64,000 nt of DNA from an uncultured delta proteobacterium. Its GTDB lineage: Bacteria; Myxococcota; Myxococcia; Myxococcales; Myxococcaceae. The stretch lies in the NCBI GenBank assembly GCA_963713045.1, contig CAVQKE010000007.1, positions 480,001 to 544,000 on the forward strand, given 5' to 3'. Position numbers and translations under genes: made by a program. Below the pieces are notes generated by a model. That model had not been told where the DNA came from. It saw only the letters and a program-made list of their open reading frames with translations, and ran no database searches. Positions 42,402 to 51,761 of the stretch are shown here, in pieces. Position 1 is the stretch's first letter; the number at the start of each line of letters is the position of its first letter.

Positions 42402-44582
42402 ATGAGTGACAACGCTTCCTCTGGCTCCGACGATCGATTTTTCGTCCTCTTGTCGGTCGTTGGCCTTGCATGGATGGCATTTCGCGTCGCAGTGGCCTCG
42501 AGCCCCACCCTCGCGGGTGACGAGTACGCTTACTTCGCTCCGGCATCGCTCTACCCGCACATCGGTTTTCTCTATTCGTTCGACCCTGGGCTGCAGCGGG
42601 TCGGGACTTCGGCGTTCCATTGGATTGCGAGCCACTTCTTCCTCCTCGGGCTCGAGCCTGTCTTTAAGCTGTCGCAGCTTTGGCACTGCCTGCTGTACGT
42701 CGGAGCCGTCTATCTGCTTTCGCTCGCTGCCGGGGCAGCATTTACTCGCGTTTGCGCGCTCAGGTCATTTGCCGTTGCCCTAACGCTGCCGATGTCGTTC
42801 TACACGGTGCCATTCATGCCGGAGGTCGACCTCGTATTCCTGTCGAGTGGCGTTCTCACCCTCTTCGTACTTCGGTGGAGAACCCGACCCCTCCTCGTGT
42901 CGTCCGTGTCTGGTGTCGTCTTGGGTTTCGCCATGCTGGTCAAGCCGCACGCCCTGGCATTGGTCGTTGGCGTCCTCGTGTTTCACGTCGCGGTGTTGGT
43001 GGGCCCGCACAGGGTATCCGTCCCCGCTTCAATTCGCAGCGCTGCCTCCTTGCTGGTTTCGTTCGTCTGCTCCTACTTGTTATTCACGCGGATTTTTTCC
43101 GTCGCGGAGGCAGCGGGAGCCGCACCCTCCTCACTCGCGGACAGCCTCTATTATCGATACCTCACTTCGCCACTTGAGCCTGGCTTCTGGGTGCGGAATG
43201 CCCTTCCGGTGGTCGGGTATGTGGCTGCCCACTGTATCGTGCTGGCCATCCTTTTTCCGGGCACCATCACGATGTTCGGCGACTTCGTGAAGGGCCTTCG
43301 GCTTCCCCGGGCCAGCGTAGATTTGGATGTTAGCCAAGCCAGGACCGACTACCTAGCAATCACGTTGTCTTGCACGCTCGCGACCCTCGCGATGATCGCG
43401 GTGTTCAGCCAGCAGGTTGGAGCAGCTAGCGCCTTCGAGACGGGACGGCTCCACGGTCGCTACCTGACGGCCGTTTTGCCCTTCCTTGTACCCCCGACGA
43501 TTTTTCTCGTCATGAGTCGCGACGAAACGCTGGCTCGACGCGCGTGCGGACTCGCGACCGTCTCGTTGCTTCTCCTCGCTGCCTGGATACGACCAACGTT
43601 CAAGATTTACCCGTGGGACTATCCAGAGCTCTTCGCTTTCTTTTCTTCTCGCAATCACTACGGTTGGGACTGGCGTTGGACCTCTGTCGACGTCGGGACA
43701 TCCTTACTGGTGGTGGGCTTACTTGTCGCCCTCGCGGGCTGGGGTTTCCGTCAAATATCGTCTATCTGCTTGGCAGGGCTCCTCGGAGTCGTGCTGGTAG
43801 TCGGCAACGCGCAGCATCTTGCCTGGTACCTGTCCCTCCTTCGCGACACACGGGATGGGTATGCGCTTGGCAGGACCGTGCGGGGCGTGTTGGGCGACCT
43901 GACCCCGGGAGAGGGGACGGTCGTCGCCGAGGACCGATACGGGAAGGCCAGCTCCGTGCTCCTGGGTCTCGGTGTTCCACAACACGTCATCACAATGGCA
44001 GCCGGCACCACCTTGGGCCCTCCGGTGGTCGGTCCTGGGTCCAAGTGGATCCTGACGCTCAATCCTCACCCATTAGCCAGTGACTTCGTCAGTTCCTTGA
44101 AGCTCGGCCCAGCTAGGCTTTACCTGCTGGACCAAACTCCCTCGGGCTCGGCTGCAGGTGCGGCCTTGTGCTCGGGTCGCGATTTGCGACTCGCGCTCGC
44201 CGATCCCGCTACCTACGGCAGAGCCCGAGGCTTCAATGATCGGGAAGATTGGGGTGCGTGGAGTAGAGCGGACACTGCGGAGGTCCTGTTGCCATGTGTT
44301 GCCTGTGGACGCCTCCGAGTGCGCATCCTCGGCTGGGCGTCCGCAGAAAACCCTGGACCGTTGCGAGTGCAGGTAGGGGAGAAGGAGCAGATCGTTCGCC
44401 TGGTCCAAGGACCCTCTGAGGCTCGGTTCGAGGTCGAGCCAGCGAATTGCGTGGATCGGGTCATTTTCAGGAAGCCCGTCGTCCAGCCCGTGAATTCACA
44501 CCGGCCCATGGGTTTCGCCTTGATCCAGTTATCGGTCACTGAGAGTCCCGCTCGGGTTCCTCCGGGCACTGACGGGCACTGA
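42402..44582 (+). CDS. Multi-TM membrane protein, probable GT-C glycosyltransferase with C-terminal beta-sandwich domain
   Basis: GDEYAY in the first extracytoplasmic loop, MPE, LVKPHA and HGRY motifs, many TM helices, C-terminal GFNDREDWGAWS. Confidence 0.65.
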   Translation: MSDNASSGSDDRFFVLLSVVGLAWMAFRVAVASSPTLAGDEYAYFAPASLYPHIGFLYSFDPGLQRVGTSAFHWIASHFFLLGLEPVFKLSQLWHCLLYVGAVYLLSLAAGAAFTRVCALRSFAVALTLPMSFYTVPFMPEVDLVFLSSGVLTLFVLRWRTRPLLVSSVSGVVLGFAMLVKPHALALVVGVLVFHVAVLVGPHRVSVPASIRSAASLLVSFVCSYLLFTRIFSVAEAAGAAPSSLADSLYYRYLTSPLEPGFWVRNALPVVGYVAAHCIVLAILFPGTITMFGDFVKGLRLPRASVDLDVSQARTDYLAITLSCTLATLAMIAVFSQQVGAASAFETGRLHGRYLTAVLPFLVPPTIFLVMSRDETLARRACGLATVSLLLLAAWIRPTFKIYPWDYPELFAFFSSRNHYGWDWRWTSVDVGTSLLVVGLLVALAGWGFRQISSICLAGLLGVVLVVGNAQHLAWYLSLLRDTRDGYALGRTVRGVLGDLTPGEGTVVAEDRYGKASSVLLGLGVPQHVITMAAGTTLGPPVVGPGSKWILTLNPHPLASDFVSSLKLGPARLYLLDQTPSGSAAGAALCSGRDLRLALADPATYGRARGFNDREDWGAWSRADTAEVLLPCVACGRLRVRILGWASAENPGPLRVQVGEKEQIVRLVQGPSEARFEVEPANCVDRVIFRKPVVQPVNSHRPMGFALIQLSVTESPARVPPGTDGH

Positions 44583-44951
44583 ATTGCAACCGGGGAACTG
44601 TCGGCGGCTGATCCGCCGGCCCTGCCGACGGCGTCTACCCCCCGTCACCGGGAATCAACGGCTACCTGGCCTGATGAAACGACAAACGCCATTCTTTTCG
44701 GGCTGTTCCTCACAAGCCCGAGCTTCGTCTCCAGACCGAGACGGGCGGCATTAGCAAGGCATGGAATTCACTTGGACCCTCTGCACCGTCCAACGGGGCA
44801 GAAGATGGGAACTTCAGCGTTCCCAACGTCGTTTCAACCGCCCGCCCGGAAGCGCGTCGCCCTTGTCCTCGCGAGCCCGGGCGTGGGAGTCTCCCGGCCC
44901 TTTGCGCGAGCGGCTCCGCATCTGACGCGCACTTCTCAAGGAGAGAATCAC

Positions 44952-45110
44952 TTGCTCGAGTGGACCGCCGAGCGCTTTGTTCCAGGCGTTAAACGTGTCG
45001 TCGGGATCGAGCACCGGCATCGCTACTACGCGGCCAACGAGAGTGTGCGCGGGATGCGGGGGCTCGACATCGCGTGTGTGTGGGCGGACCCGGAGCGGAG
45101 CCCGCCATGA
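44952..45110 (+). pseudogene. N-terminal fragment of a glycan methyltransferase
   Basis: AAGGAG RBS then TTG; LEWTAERFVP...EHRHRY...LDIAC breaks off inside SAM motif I; ends in an ATGA overlap with the GT4 gene. Confidence 0.7.
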
Positions 45111-46249
45111 GCGCGGCCCTACCCGACGTATGCTTGGTGGGCCACCCGTTCGCGCCCATCGGCATGGGGGAACAGCTGCGCTCCTCGTTCCGAGCCCTGC
45201 GCAGCATTGGTCTACGGCCTGCTGTGCTCGACGTCTACGAGCTGCAGACGCCCGAGCCGCCGGCCGAGTCCGAGTTCGGCCCCTTCCTCGAAAAGGGCTT
45301 TCGCACACTCAACCTGTTCCATATCAACGGCGACGAAGTTGAGCCAATCCTCGCCCATCTTGCCGGGAGGCCGTCGCCGCGGCAGATGTGGCGCGCCGTG
45401 ATTCCCCTCTGGGAGCTGCCTAACTACCCTACCCAGTGGGCGCAACTGCTGGAGCAGTTCGACGAGGTTTGGGCCTCCTCGCTATTCATCGAGAGGGCGC
45501 TCAGCGAGGCGGTGCACCGGCCGGTGGTGCACCTGCCTCCGGCTTGCGAAGTAGTCCTCTCCGCCTTCCGGGGCCGCCGCTTCTTCGGCATCCCGGAGTC
45601 CACCTACGCCTTTCTGTTCTCCTTCGACTTGCGCTCTTGGGTAACGCGCAAGAACCCGGAGGCGGTGGTCGCCGCCTTTCGCCGAGTGGTGCACAAACGC
45701 CCTCACGCCCAGGTCACGCTCGTCTTGAAGATCAATGGTGCCGAGTTGGGGGATGAGCGCTACCGCGCCTTCCTCGACTCGCTTGGCGACCTACGAGACC
45801 GGCTGGTTGTTCTCCCGCGTACCCTCACCGATGACGAAATGAAGAACCTTGTCCGTTGCTGCGACTGCTACGTTTCGCTTCACCGATCGGAGGGCTTCGG
45901 TCGCGGTCCCGCCGAGGCGATGGCCTTGGGCAAGCCGGTGATCGCCACCCGCTGGTCGGGCAACCTTGATTTCATGAACAACGACAACTCTCTCCTGGTT
46001 GACTGCGCACTGGTGCCGGTGCCGCCCGACGCCTATCCCCATTGGCAAGGGCAGCGTTGGGCCGATCCCGACGTGGAGCACGCCGCGGCAAGCATGGTGC
46101 AACTGCTCGATGATCCGGGAAAGGGAGCCGCCATAGGACGCCGCGCCAGTCTCGACATGCGGCACGATTTCTCCTATCGAGCCATCGGCGTCCGCACGCT
46201 TCAACGGTTGGAGCAGGGAATGCGGCTCCTCGCCTCGGAAGAGGCTTGA
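45107..46249 (+). CDS. Glycosyltransferase family 4 (GT-B)
   Basis: GMGEQLR, WELP, FDLRSWVTRKNP and SLHRSEGFGRGPAEAMALGKPVIAT (EX7E) motifs. Confidence 0.9.
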   Translation: MSAALPDVCLVGHPFAPIGMGEQLRSSFRALRSIGLRPAVLDVYELQTPEPPAESEFGPFLEKGFRTLNLFHINGDEVEPILAHLAGRPSPRQMWRAVIPLWELPNYPTQWAQLLEQFDEVWASSLFIERALSEAVHRPVVHLPPACEVVLSAFRGRRFFGIPESTYAFLFSFDLRSWVTRKNPEAVVAAFRRVVHKRPHAQVTLVLKINGAELGDERYRAFLDSLGDLRDRLVVLPRTLTDDEMKNLVRCCDCYVSLHRSEGFGRGPAEAMALGKPVIATRWSGNLDFMNNDNSLLVDCALVPVPPDAYPHWQGQRWADPDVEHAAASMVQLLDDPGKGAAIGRRASLDMRHDFSYRAIGVRTLQRLEQGMRLLASEEA

Positions 46250-46515
46250 CGCTGGGGCGAGCGCAGGGCTGAGCCTAGCTCTGAACAGTGGCCGTCGACC
46301 GGTTCGGCGTATTCAAGGCAAAGCGGCAAATGCGAGACCCGGGCCGCCGCGGTCGAAATTCTGAGCTAGGCCAGGGGGCGCGAGGCTCGTGGATTTGCTC
46401 GGTTCCTCGCCCCCGGTCCCGCCTGATCTGCTTGCCGTGCTTGAGCTTGCCAGGCAGTCTAGTGCCTCGGGATTCTTTCGGGCTTGCTCGTTTACCAAAA
46501 CTTAGAGGAGGCGTC

Positions 46516-46983
46516 ATGAGGGGGGCTTCTCGCCTTGCCCTATTGGCTTTTCTATTCGTATCTACGGCCTTCGCTGCGCAGCCTTCCAGCGACGAACAGG
46601 CAGTGTGGTCTCTGGAAAAGTCTTATTGGAAGTATGTGCAGGCCAATGATCTCGAGCTCTACCTCGCTCTGTGGAGCCCGGACTTTCTTGGCTGGCCGTT
46701 GTCGTATCCCGAACCCTCGCGAAAAGCTCAGATCACCGACTGGATCACCGCGCGCACTACCAAGGGCGAGACTCTCAAGTCCTACGACCTGGAGCCGCTG
46801 AAGGTCCAGCTGACGGACAACATTGCCACGACGACCTATCGTATTCGCATGACCTGGGTCGACAAGAACGGTATCGGGCAACCGACATCTCTCCGCATCA
46901 TCCATACGATGCGCCGAAACCCAAGCGGCGTGTGGCAGATCATCTCCGGTATGGCTGCCCCGACCAACGCCGACGGGCACTGA
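46516..46983 (+). CDS. Secreted NTF2-like (DUF4440/SnoaL-like) protein
   Basis: GAGGAGG RBS, signal peptide ending AFA, YLALWSPDFLGW motif, WQII C-terminus. Confidence 0.75.
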   Translation: MRGASRLALLAFLFVSTAFAAQPSSDEQAVWSLEKSYWKYVQANDLELYLALWSPDFLGWPLSYPEPSRKAQITDWITARTTKGETLKSYDLEPLKVQLTDNIATTTYRIRMTWVDKNGIGQPTSLRIIHTMRRNPSGVWQIISGMAAPTNADGH

Positions 46984-47092
46984 CTAAGAATCAAACGTCG
47001 CGGCGCCTACCGTCTCGGCTCTTTGGCCTGGCTGACGGGTCCCTGGCACAGACGTAGCCTAATTTGGCTTGTCGGCGGCTGAAAGCCTCGCC

Positions 47093-47704
47093 TCACAGCT
47101 GTGGGCAGCCGACCAACTCCAGCTGCCAAATGCCCTGGCAGGTCACCGCCATTCCGCCAGAAGCACACTCGTTGTAGTCGCAGGAGAGCCCAGCGGGCTG
47201 ACACTCGGTTCCGAGGTTCGGCACATAGGGCGGACACCCGGCGTCCAGCTGACTGACACACCACACGTCCCTTTGCCCTTCGATGATGGGTCCTCCGCAG
47301 CCGTTGCTGCAGGTATAGGCGCTTCCCGAGTAGACGCACGTCATACCAAGCTGGACTTGCGTGCACGGGGCCTCTCCCGCGTCAGGGGCTGTGGCCGGAC
47401 ACAACGGTACTGGCGGATTGCAGGCGCCGCCGGACAGCTGCCAGCCAGGCGTGACGCCGCCGCACGTTCCGACGGTGCGGCACTCGGCCCGGGCATCGCT
47501 TCCCCAAGAGCACATCAACCCCGCTTCAGGGCAGGCCGTCGACGTGGCCGGGGGGGAAGCAGGGCAGCCGCCGTCGTAGACAACGGCGCTGCACTGGCCG
47601 CCGTCGGGCCCGATACAAATCTCAGACTCCACCGGGCTTCCGCTCGTGCACCCCACCATCACCAACGTCACCATTGCGCCGAGAAGGCCGAGTATGTGCT
47701 TCAT
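47093..47704 (-). CDS. Cys-rich lipoprotein with three CP..P....C...G..C.[WY] repeats
   Basis: Signal peptide with lipobox MVGC; repeats CPASPPATSTACPEAGLMCSW, CPATAPDAGEAPCTQVQLGMTCVY and CPPYVPNLGTECQPAGLSCDY. Confidence 0.8.
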   Translation of the reverse strand: MKHILGLLGAMVTLVMVGCTSGSPVESEICIGPDGGQCSAVVYDGGCPASPPATSTACPEAGLMCSWGSDARAECRTVGTCGGVTPGWQLSGGACNPPVPLCPATAPDAGEAPCTQVQLGMTCVYSGSAYTCSNGCGGPIIEGQRDVWCVSQLDAGCPPYVPNLGTECQPAGLSCDYNECASGGMAVTCQGIWQLELVGCPQL

Positions 47705-48255
47705 ATGTCTCTTTCAGTGCGCCGTCACCGACGACAGTCAAGGGTACCCGCTCCAGCGTGCATTGATTTGGTCTCCGGAAGCCACGAGGAAGCCTTAGGG
47801 CGTGCTTGGAGCCACCAGCGAAGACATCCCCAGGCGTCGTTCCGGCCGAGGTCGGCAGCCTACTCACCCTTCGAGAGTCCACATCAGACCAGACAGCCTT
47901 GCCATCGTGGCAAGTCCTGAAGCTCGAGAATGAGCGCGACGACACAATTGCCGAGTGCGGTGGAAGGTACCCGATTCGAGCCCCGAAAGACGTCGACTCT
48001 TGCCGGAGCAACGGTCGCCTCGACACCGCAGACTTCCCGGTCACCTCAAACTCATAGGTCCATACGAAGGCGTCGCGGCTCCGCCTTACGCCAAACGGCG
48101 AACTGGCTCCGGACACTCAAAGCCATCCGTTTCCTCCAGCGGCAGCTTCATCACCAAAATGCACCCGCCTCGACAGGAGGCGCAGATTTTGAACAAGCTG
48201 CCGGTTACGACCCTCATCAAGTAAGCGTCGCGATCGGTCGCGGCGATTCGCTTTG

Positions 48256-49437
48256 CTACCGGCGGGTTGGGCCCAAGGCGTTTTGAAAGGCCTTGGGCGC
48301 CTCTTGAGAAGCGGTTCCCGTCAGGGCCGACCCAAGTAGCCGCTCGATGAGCCGCTGCCCCCAGGCGCTGTGGTAGGCCTTGGCTAGCCGGTCTAGACCG
48401 CCTGAGGCCACCAAGGCTCTCACGAGATTCCCGGCGGCAAAGCCAGCGGTGAAGCGCCGGCGGTGTTGCCAGACGTAGTGGCGCCACGCTGAGGCTTCCG
48501 ACCGCTCTCCGCGCGCCACCGCTGAAACCGCCTCGGCGGCGAATAACCCGCTCTGCATCGCCTGGGAAATGCCCTCGCCCGTGGCGCTGTTGGTCACCCG
48601 TGCCGCCTCGCCGACCCAAAGCGCACCGGGCGTGGCGCACTGGGATACCCAGGTGGTGAAGACGATGGGATGTCCCTTCAACCTCCCCAAGCGACGGGCT
48701 CCACGGAGTGGCTCGCGATAGTGGTCGTTGAGGAAGCATTCAAAAAGACCTCGGAGGTCTCGCACTGCCCGACGCCCGTGCCCGTCCTGTGCATCGACAC
48801 AGATTCCGATGTTGACCCGAGTCGTTGTCTCCGGAAACATCCACCCGTACAGCGGCGCCAGGTTCCGGTCGAAGACCATATCCAGACGCCGTGGCGGGAG
48901 GTTAGCGCCTTCCCACCAGCCCATGAGAGTGGAGATGAAGTGCTTGGGCCGGCGGTCCGGAGAAAAAATCGAGTGGGCGCCATCCGCGCAGAGAACGTAC
49001 GACGCCCGGTGCTCTTCACCCTCGAAGCTCCGGACACCGACGACCCGTCCTGAGCCGTCACGGACTAGCTCAGACGCGCGGAACCCCGTCTGAAAGCGGA
49101 CACCCAACTCACGCGCCCTTTCGACCAGCAACTGGTCGAAATCCTTCCGGAGCAAAATGACCGCCGACGAGTTGGCCGGGAGGACAAGTTCCTCGCCGCC
49201 GGGGGTAACAATGCGAACCCACTCGATGGGGTTCGCCCGCGCCTGTACCTTGTCTCCAATCCCGAGCGTCTCGGTGAGGTGGAGCGCCGCCGGGGAGAGG
49301 CCGGAGCCGCAGGTCTTGTCGCGGGGGAAACCGTCGCGATCAACCAGGAGAATGTCGGTGACGCCGCGGAGGGCGAGTGCGGCTGCTGCTGACGCGCCCG
49401 CAGGGCCCGCCCCGATGATGAGCACACGGGAGTCCAT
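48256..49437 (-). CDS. Geranylgeranyl-reductase-family FAD-dependent oxidoreductase
   Basis: IIGAGPAG, PRDKTCGSGL, ADGAHS, YGWMFP and TGEGISQA motifs. Confidence 0.85.
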   Translation of the reverse strand: MDSRVLIIGAGPAGASAAAALALRGVTDILLVDRDGFPRDKTCGSGLSPAALHLTETLGIGDKVQARANPIEWVRIVTPGGEELVLPANSSAVILLRKDFDQLLVERARELGVRFQTGFRASELVRDGSGRVVGVRSFEGEEHRASYVLCADGAHSIFSPDRRPKHFISTLMGWWEGANLPPRRLDMVFDRNLAPLYGWMFPETTTRVNIGICVDAQDGHGRRAVRDLRGLFECFLNDHYREPLRGARRLGRLKGHPIVFTTWVSQCATPGALWVGEAARVTNSATGEGISQAMQSGLFAAEAVSAVARGERSEASAWRHYVWQHRRRFTAGFAAGNLVRALVASGGLDRLAKAYHSAWGQRLIERLLGSALTGTASQEAPKAFQNALGPTRR

Positions 49438-49658
49438 CCCCACCTCGTGGGTCGCTCCCCCCGGCCCTGGGGGCGGTCTTCATTGCAGCAGTGCATAACC
49501 TAGGGCCCGGGAGACGTCAGGACAAGCGTGTGGGGCCCCTGGCCTGTCGAAAGCAACGGCAGGAGGATTCGTACGGTTGTCACTTCGAGTTGGCCAGGCA
49601 CGACTTTGGCCGCGTGGAGGTGCAGTCTCCGGCGCGACATTCGTCGGAAGGACAAACC

Positions 49659-50708
49659 ATGCTAACAAGGCGGAGTCTGCTTCAAGCTGCTATGGGAAGT
49701 GCGCTGGCCGCAACCACGACGAACGCTCAGGGGCAGGCCGGCGGGGCCCCTATTGGTACCGTCCCGAGCGGCAAATTTAAGATTTCCGCGGGTGCGCAAG
49801 TTCCTCGGCGCGAGCTGGGCCGCACCGGCGAGCGAGTCTCCATCGTCGGCCTCGGCGGCTACCATCTCGGGTTCCCGACCGAGCAGGAGAGCATCCAGAT
49901 CGTGCGTACGGCGCTCGATCACGGGCTCAAGTTCCTCGACAACTGCTGGGACTACAATGGCGGCGAGAGCGAGCGGCGCATGGGGAAGGCCCTGCGCGAC
50001 GGGTATCGCCAGAAGGCGTTTCTGATGACCAAGCTGGACGGCCGTACCGCGGCGGCGACGCGCCAGCAGCTCGAGCAGTCAATGAAGCGGCTACAGGTCG
50101 ACGTCGTCGATTTGGTGCAAATCCACGAGGTGATTCGACCAGACGATCCGGAGCGCTGTTTCGCACCTGGGGGCACCATCGAGGCGCTGCTTGCGGCGCG
50201 CAAGGCGGGCAAGCTTCGCTTCATCGGTTTCACCGGGCACAAAGACCCGGACATCCATCGCCACATGCTGGACGTCGCGCGGCAGCAAGGCTTCCGCTTC
50301 GACACCGTGCAGATGCCCATCAACGTTTTTGATGCGCACTACCGCAGCTTTGAGCGCGATGTCATTCCGGTTGCTCTGCAGGACGGGACCGCCGTCCTGG
50401 GCATGAAGCCGATGGGCGCCGGGCTGATTCTGGAATCCGGCGCTGCGAATGCCGAAGAATGCCTGCGGTACGCGATGAGCGTGCCAGGCGTCAGCGTGAC
50501 CATCACGGGCTGCGATGGCCAGGGAGTCCTCGAGCAGGCGCTCTCCATTGCTTTGAACTTCCAACCGATGTCGATCGCGGACCGTGACAACTTGCTCGCC
50601 CGCACTGCGGACGCCGCGCGTGGCGGCAAATGGGAGAAATTTAAGACCACCCACCAATTCGACGGGACTGTGCAGAACGTGCGCTGGCTTACTTCCGCAC
50701 AGATGTGA
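49659..50708 (+). CDS. Aldo/keto reductase with Tat signal peptide
   Basis: MLTRRSLL twin-arginine signal; LDNCWDY, MTK, QIHE, GFTGH and MKPMG motifs. Confidence 0.88.
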   Translation: MLTRRSLLQAAMGSALAATTTNAQGQAGGAPIGTVPSGKFKISAGAQVPRRELGRTGERVSIVGLGGYHLGFPTEQESIQIVRTALDHGLKFLDNCWDYNGGESERRMGKALRDGYRQKAFLMTKLDGRTAAATRQQLEQSMKRLQVDVVDLVQIHEVIRPDDPERCFAPGGTIEALLAARKAGKLRFIGFTGHKDPDIHRHMLDVARQQGFRFDTVQMPINVFDAHYRSFERDVIPVALQDGTAVLGMKPMGAGLILESGAANAEECLRYAMSVPGVSVTITGCDGQGVLEQALSIALNFQPMSIADRDNLLARTADAARGGKWEKFKTTHQFDGTVQNVRWLTSAQM

Positions 50709-50855
50709 CAACCAAGCTGTGGTCCCGTCTCCTCGTTCACACCACGAGAACGCGACGATTGCCCGAGTTTTGGCGTCGACTCGGACGCGTGCGGCATAGC
50801 ACTGCGCAAATGCTAGAAGACGTACGCTCAGGTGGGTTCACTCTGCGCCCCGCAG

Positions 50856-51761
50856 TCAGTGAACGACCTCGACGCCTGCCAGTTCCTCCATTCGCCGCAA
50901 CACAGCCGAGAAATCCTCTTCGTTGCCTTTTGCCAACTCCTCGGAGTTGACGCGAAATGCCGCCTCTGTCGCTGGTAGGCGGAGATCGCTTTTAGCGGCC
51001 GCATCCAAAATCAACTGAAAATCCTTATGCATCAAGCGTAAGGGAAACTGCGGACTGTAATCGTTGTTCGCTACTCGTGCGAGCTTCCCCACGTGAGCCG
51101 CCGCGACCACCGCAGTCTTGGACAGGACTTCAAGCAGTCGCCCACGATCGAGACCGGCCTTCTCTCCAAGGACGACAGCCTCAGCAATCGCCTGCATGCC
51201 CAAACCCAACAGCGTATTGACGACCAGCTTCATCGATGTCCCTGACCCAGGCCCGCCCATCAGGAAGTACTGCTTTGCGAAGACCTGAAATATCGGCTCA
51301 GCAGCGCCGAATATTTCTTGGCTACCCCCCACGAGCAGGGTCAGCGTGCCCTGCTCGGCGGCGGGAGTACTTCCTGAGATGGCTGCATCCAACAGCTCGA
51401 TGCCATTCTGCTTACCCAGCCGATTCAGTTCACGTGAGCTTTCTGGAGATATGGTGCTCATCTCTAGGACGACCGTCCCTGAGCGCGCCGCAGAAAAAAT
51501 TCCGTCGGGACCGCTGTAAACGCTCCGGACTACTTCATCGTCGGTCAATGAGGAAAGAAGCACATCGGAAGTGCGTGCCAATTCGGTAATAGTCTTCGAA
51601 ACACTTGCGCCCCGTTGAGCAATGGCTTGCGTCTTGACGGGGTCCAAGTCGTAAACAGAGACGCCGTAGCCGTGAGCGACGAGCCGTCTGGCGATCGGAT
51701 TCCCCATGTGACCAAGACCAATAAAACCGATTTTCGTTCGATCTGATGTGAGAGCTTTCAT
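50856..51761 (-). CDS. NAD(P)-dependent oxidoreductase, 3-hydroxyisobutyrate/tartronate semialdehyde dehydrogenase family
   Basis: GFIGLGHMG, DAAISGS, MKLVVN and HKDF motifs. Confidence 0.9.
   Translation of the reverse strand: MKALTSDRTKIGFIGLGHMGNPIARRLVAHGYGVSVYDLDPVKTQAIAQRGASVSKTITELARTSDVLLSSLTDDEVVRSVYSGPDGIFSAARSGTVVLEMSTISPESSRELNRLGKQNGIELLDAAISGSTPAAEQGTLTLLVGGSQEIFGAAEPIFQVFAKQYFLMGGPGSGTSMKLVVNTLLGLGMQAIAEAVVLGEKAGLDRGRLLEVLSKTAVVAAAHVGKLARVANNDYSPQFPLRLMHKDFQLILDAAAKSDLRLPATEAAFRVNSEELAKGNEEDFSAVLRRMEELAGVEVVH

Noticed and set aside
35557..47665. DGR template/variable repeat pair
   Set aside because: Differences are not adenine-specific and include indels; no reverse transcriptase in the window
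47705..48255. Short ORFs such as 47622-48116
   Set aside because: No clear RBS or family motif; overlaps a real gene
49596..49610. Additional GG-N10-GC sigma54-like motifs (also 19441 and 61782)
   Set aside because: Weak -12 or -24 matches; expected by chance in GC-rich DNA
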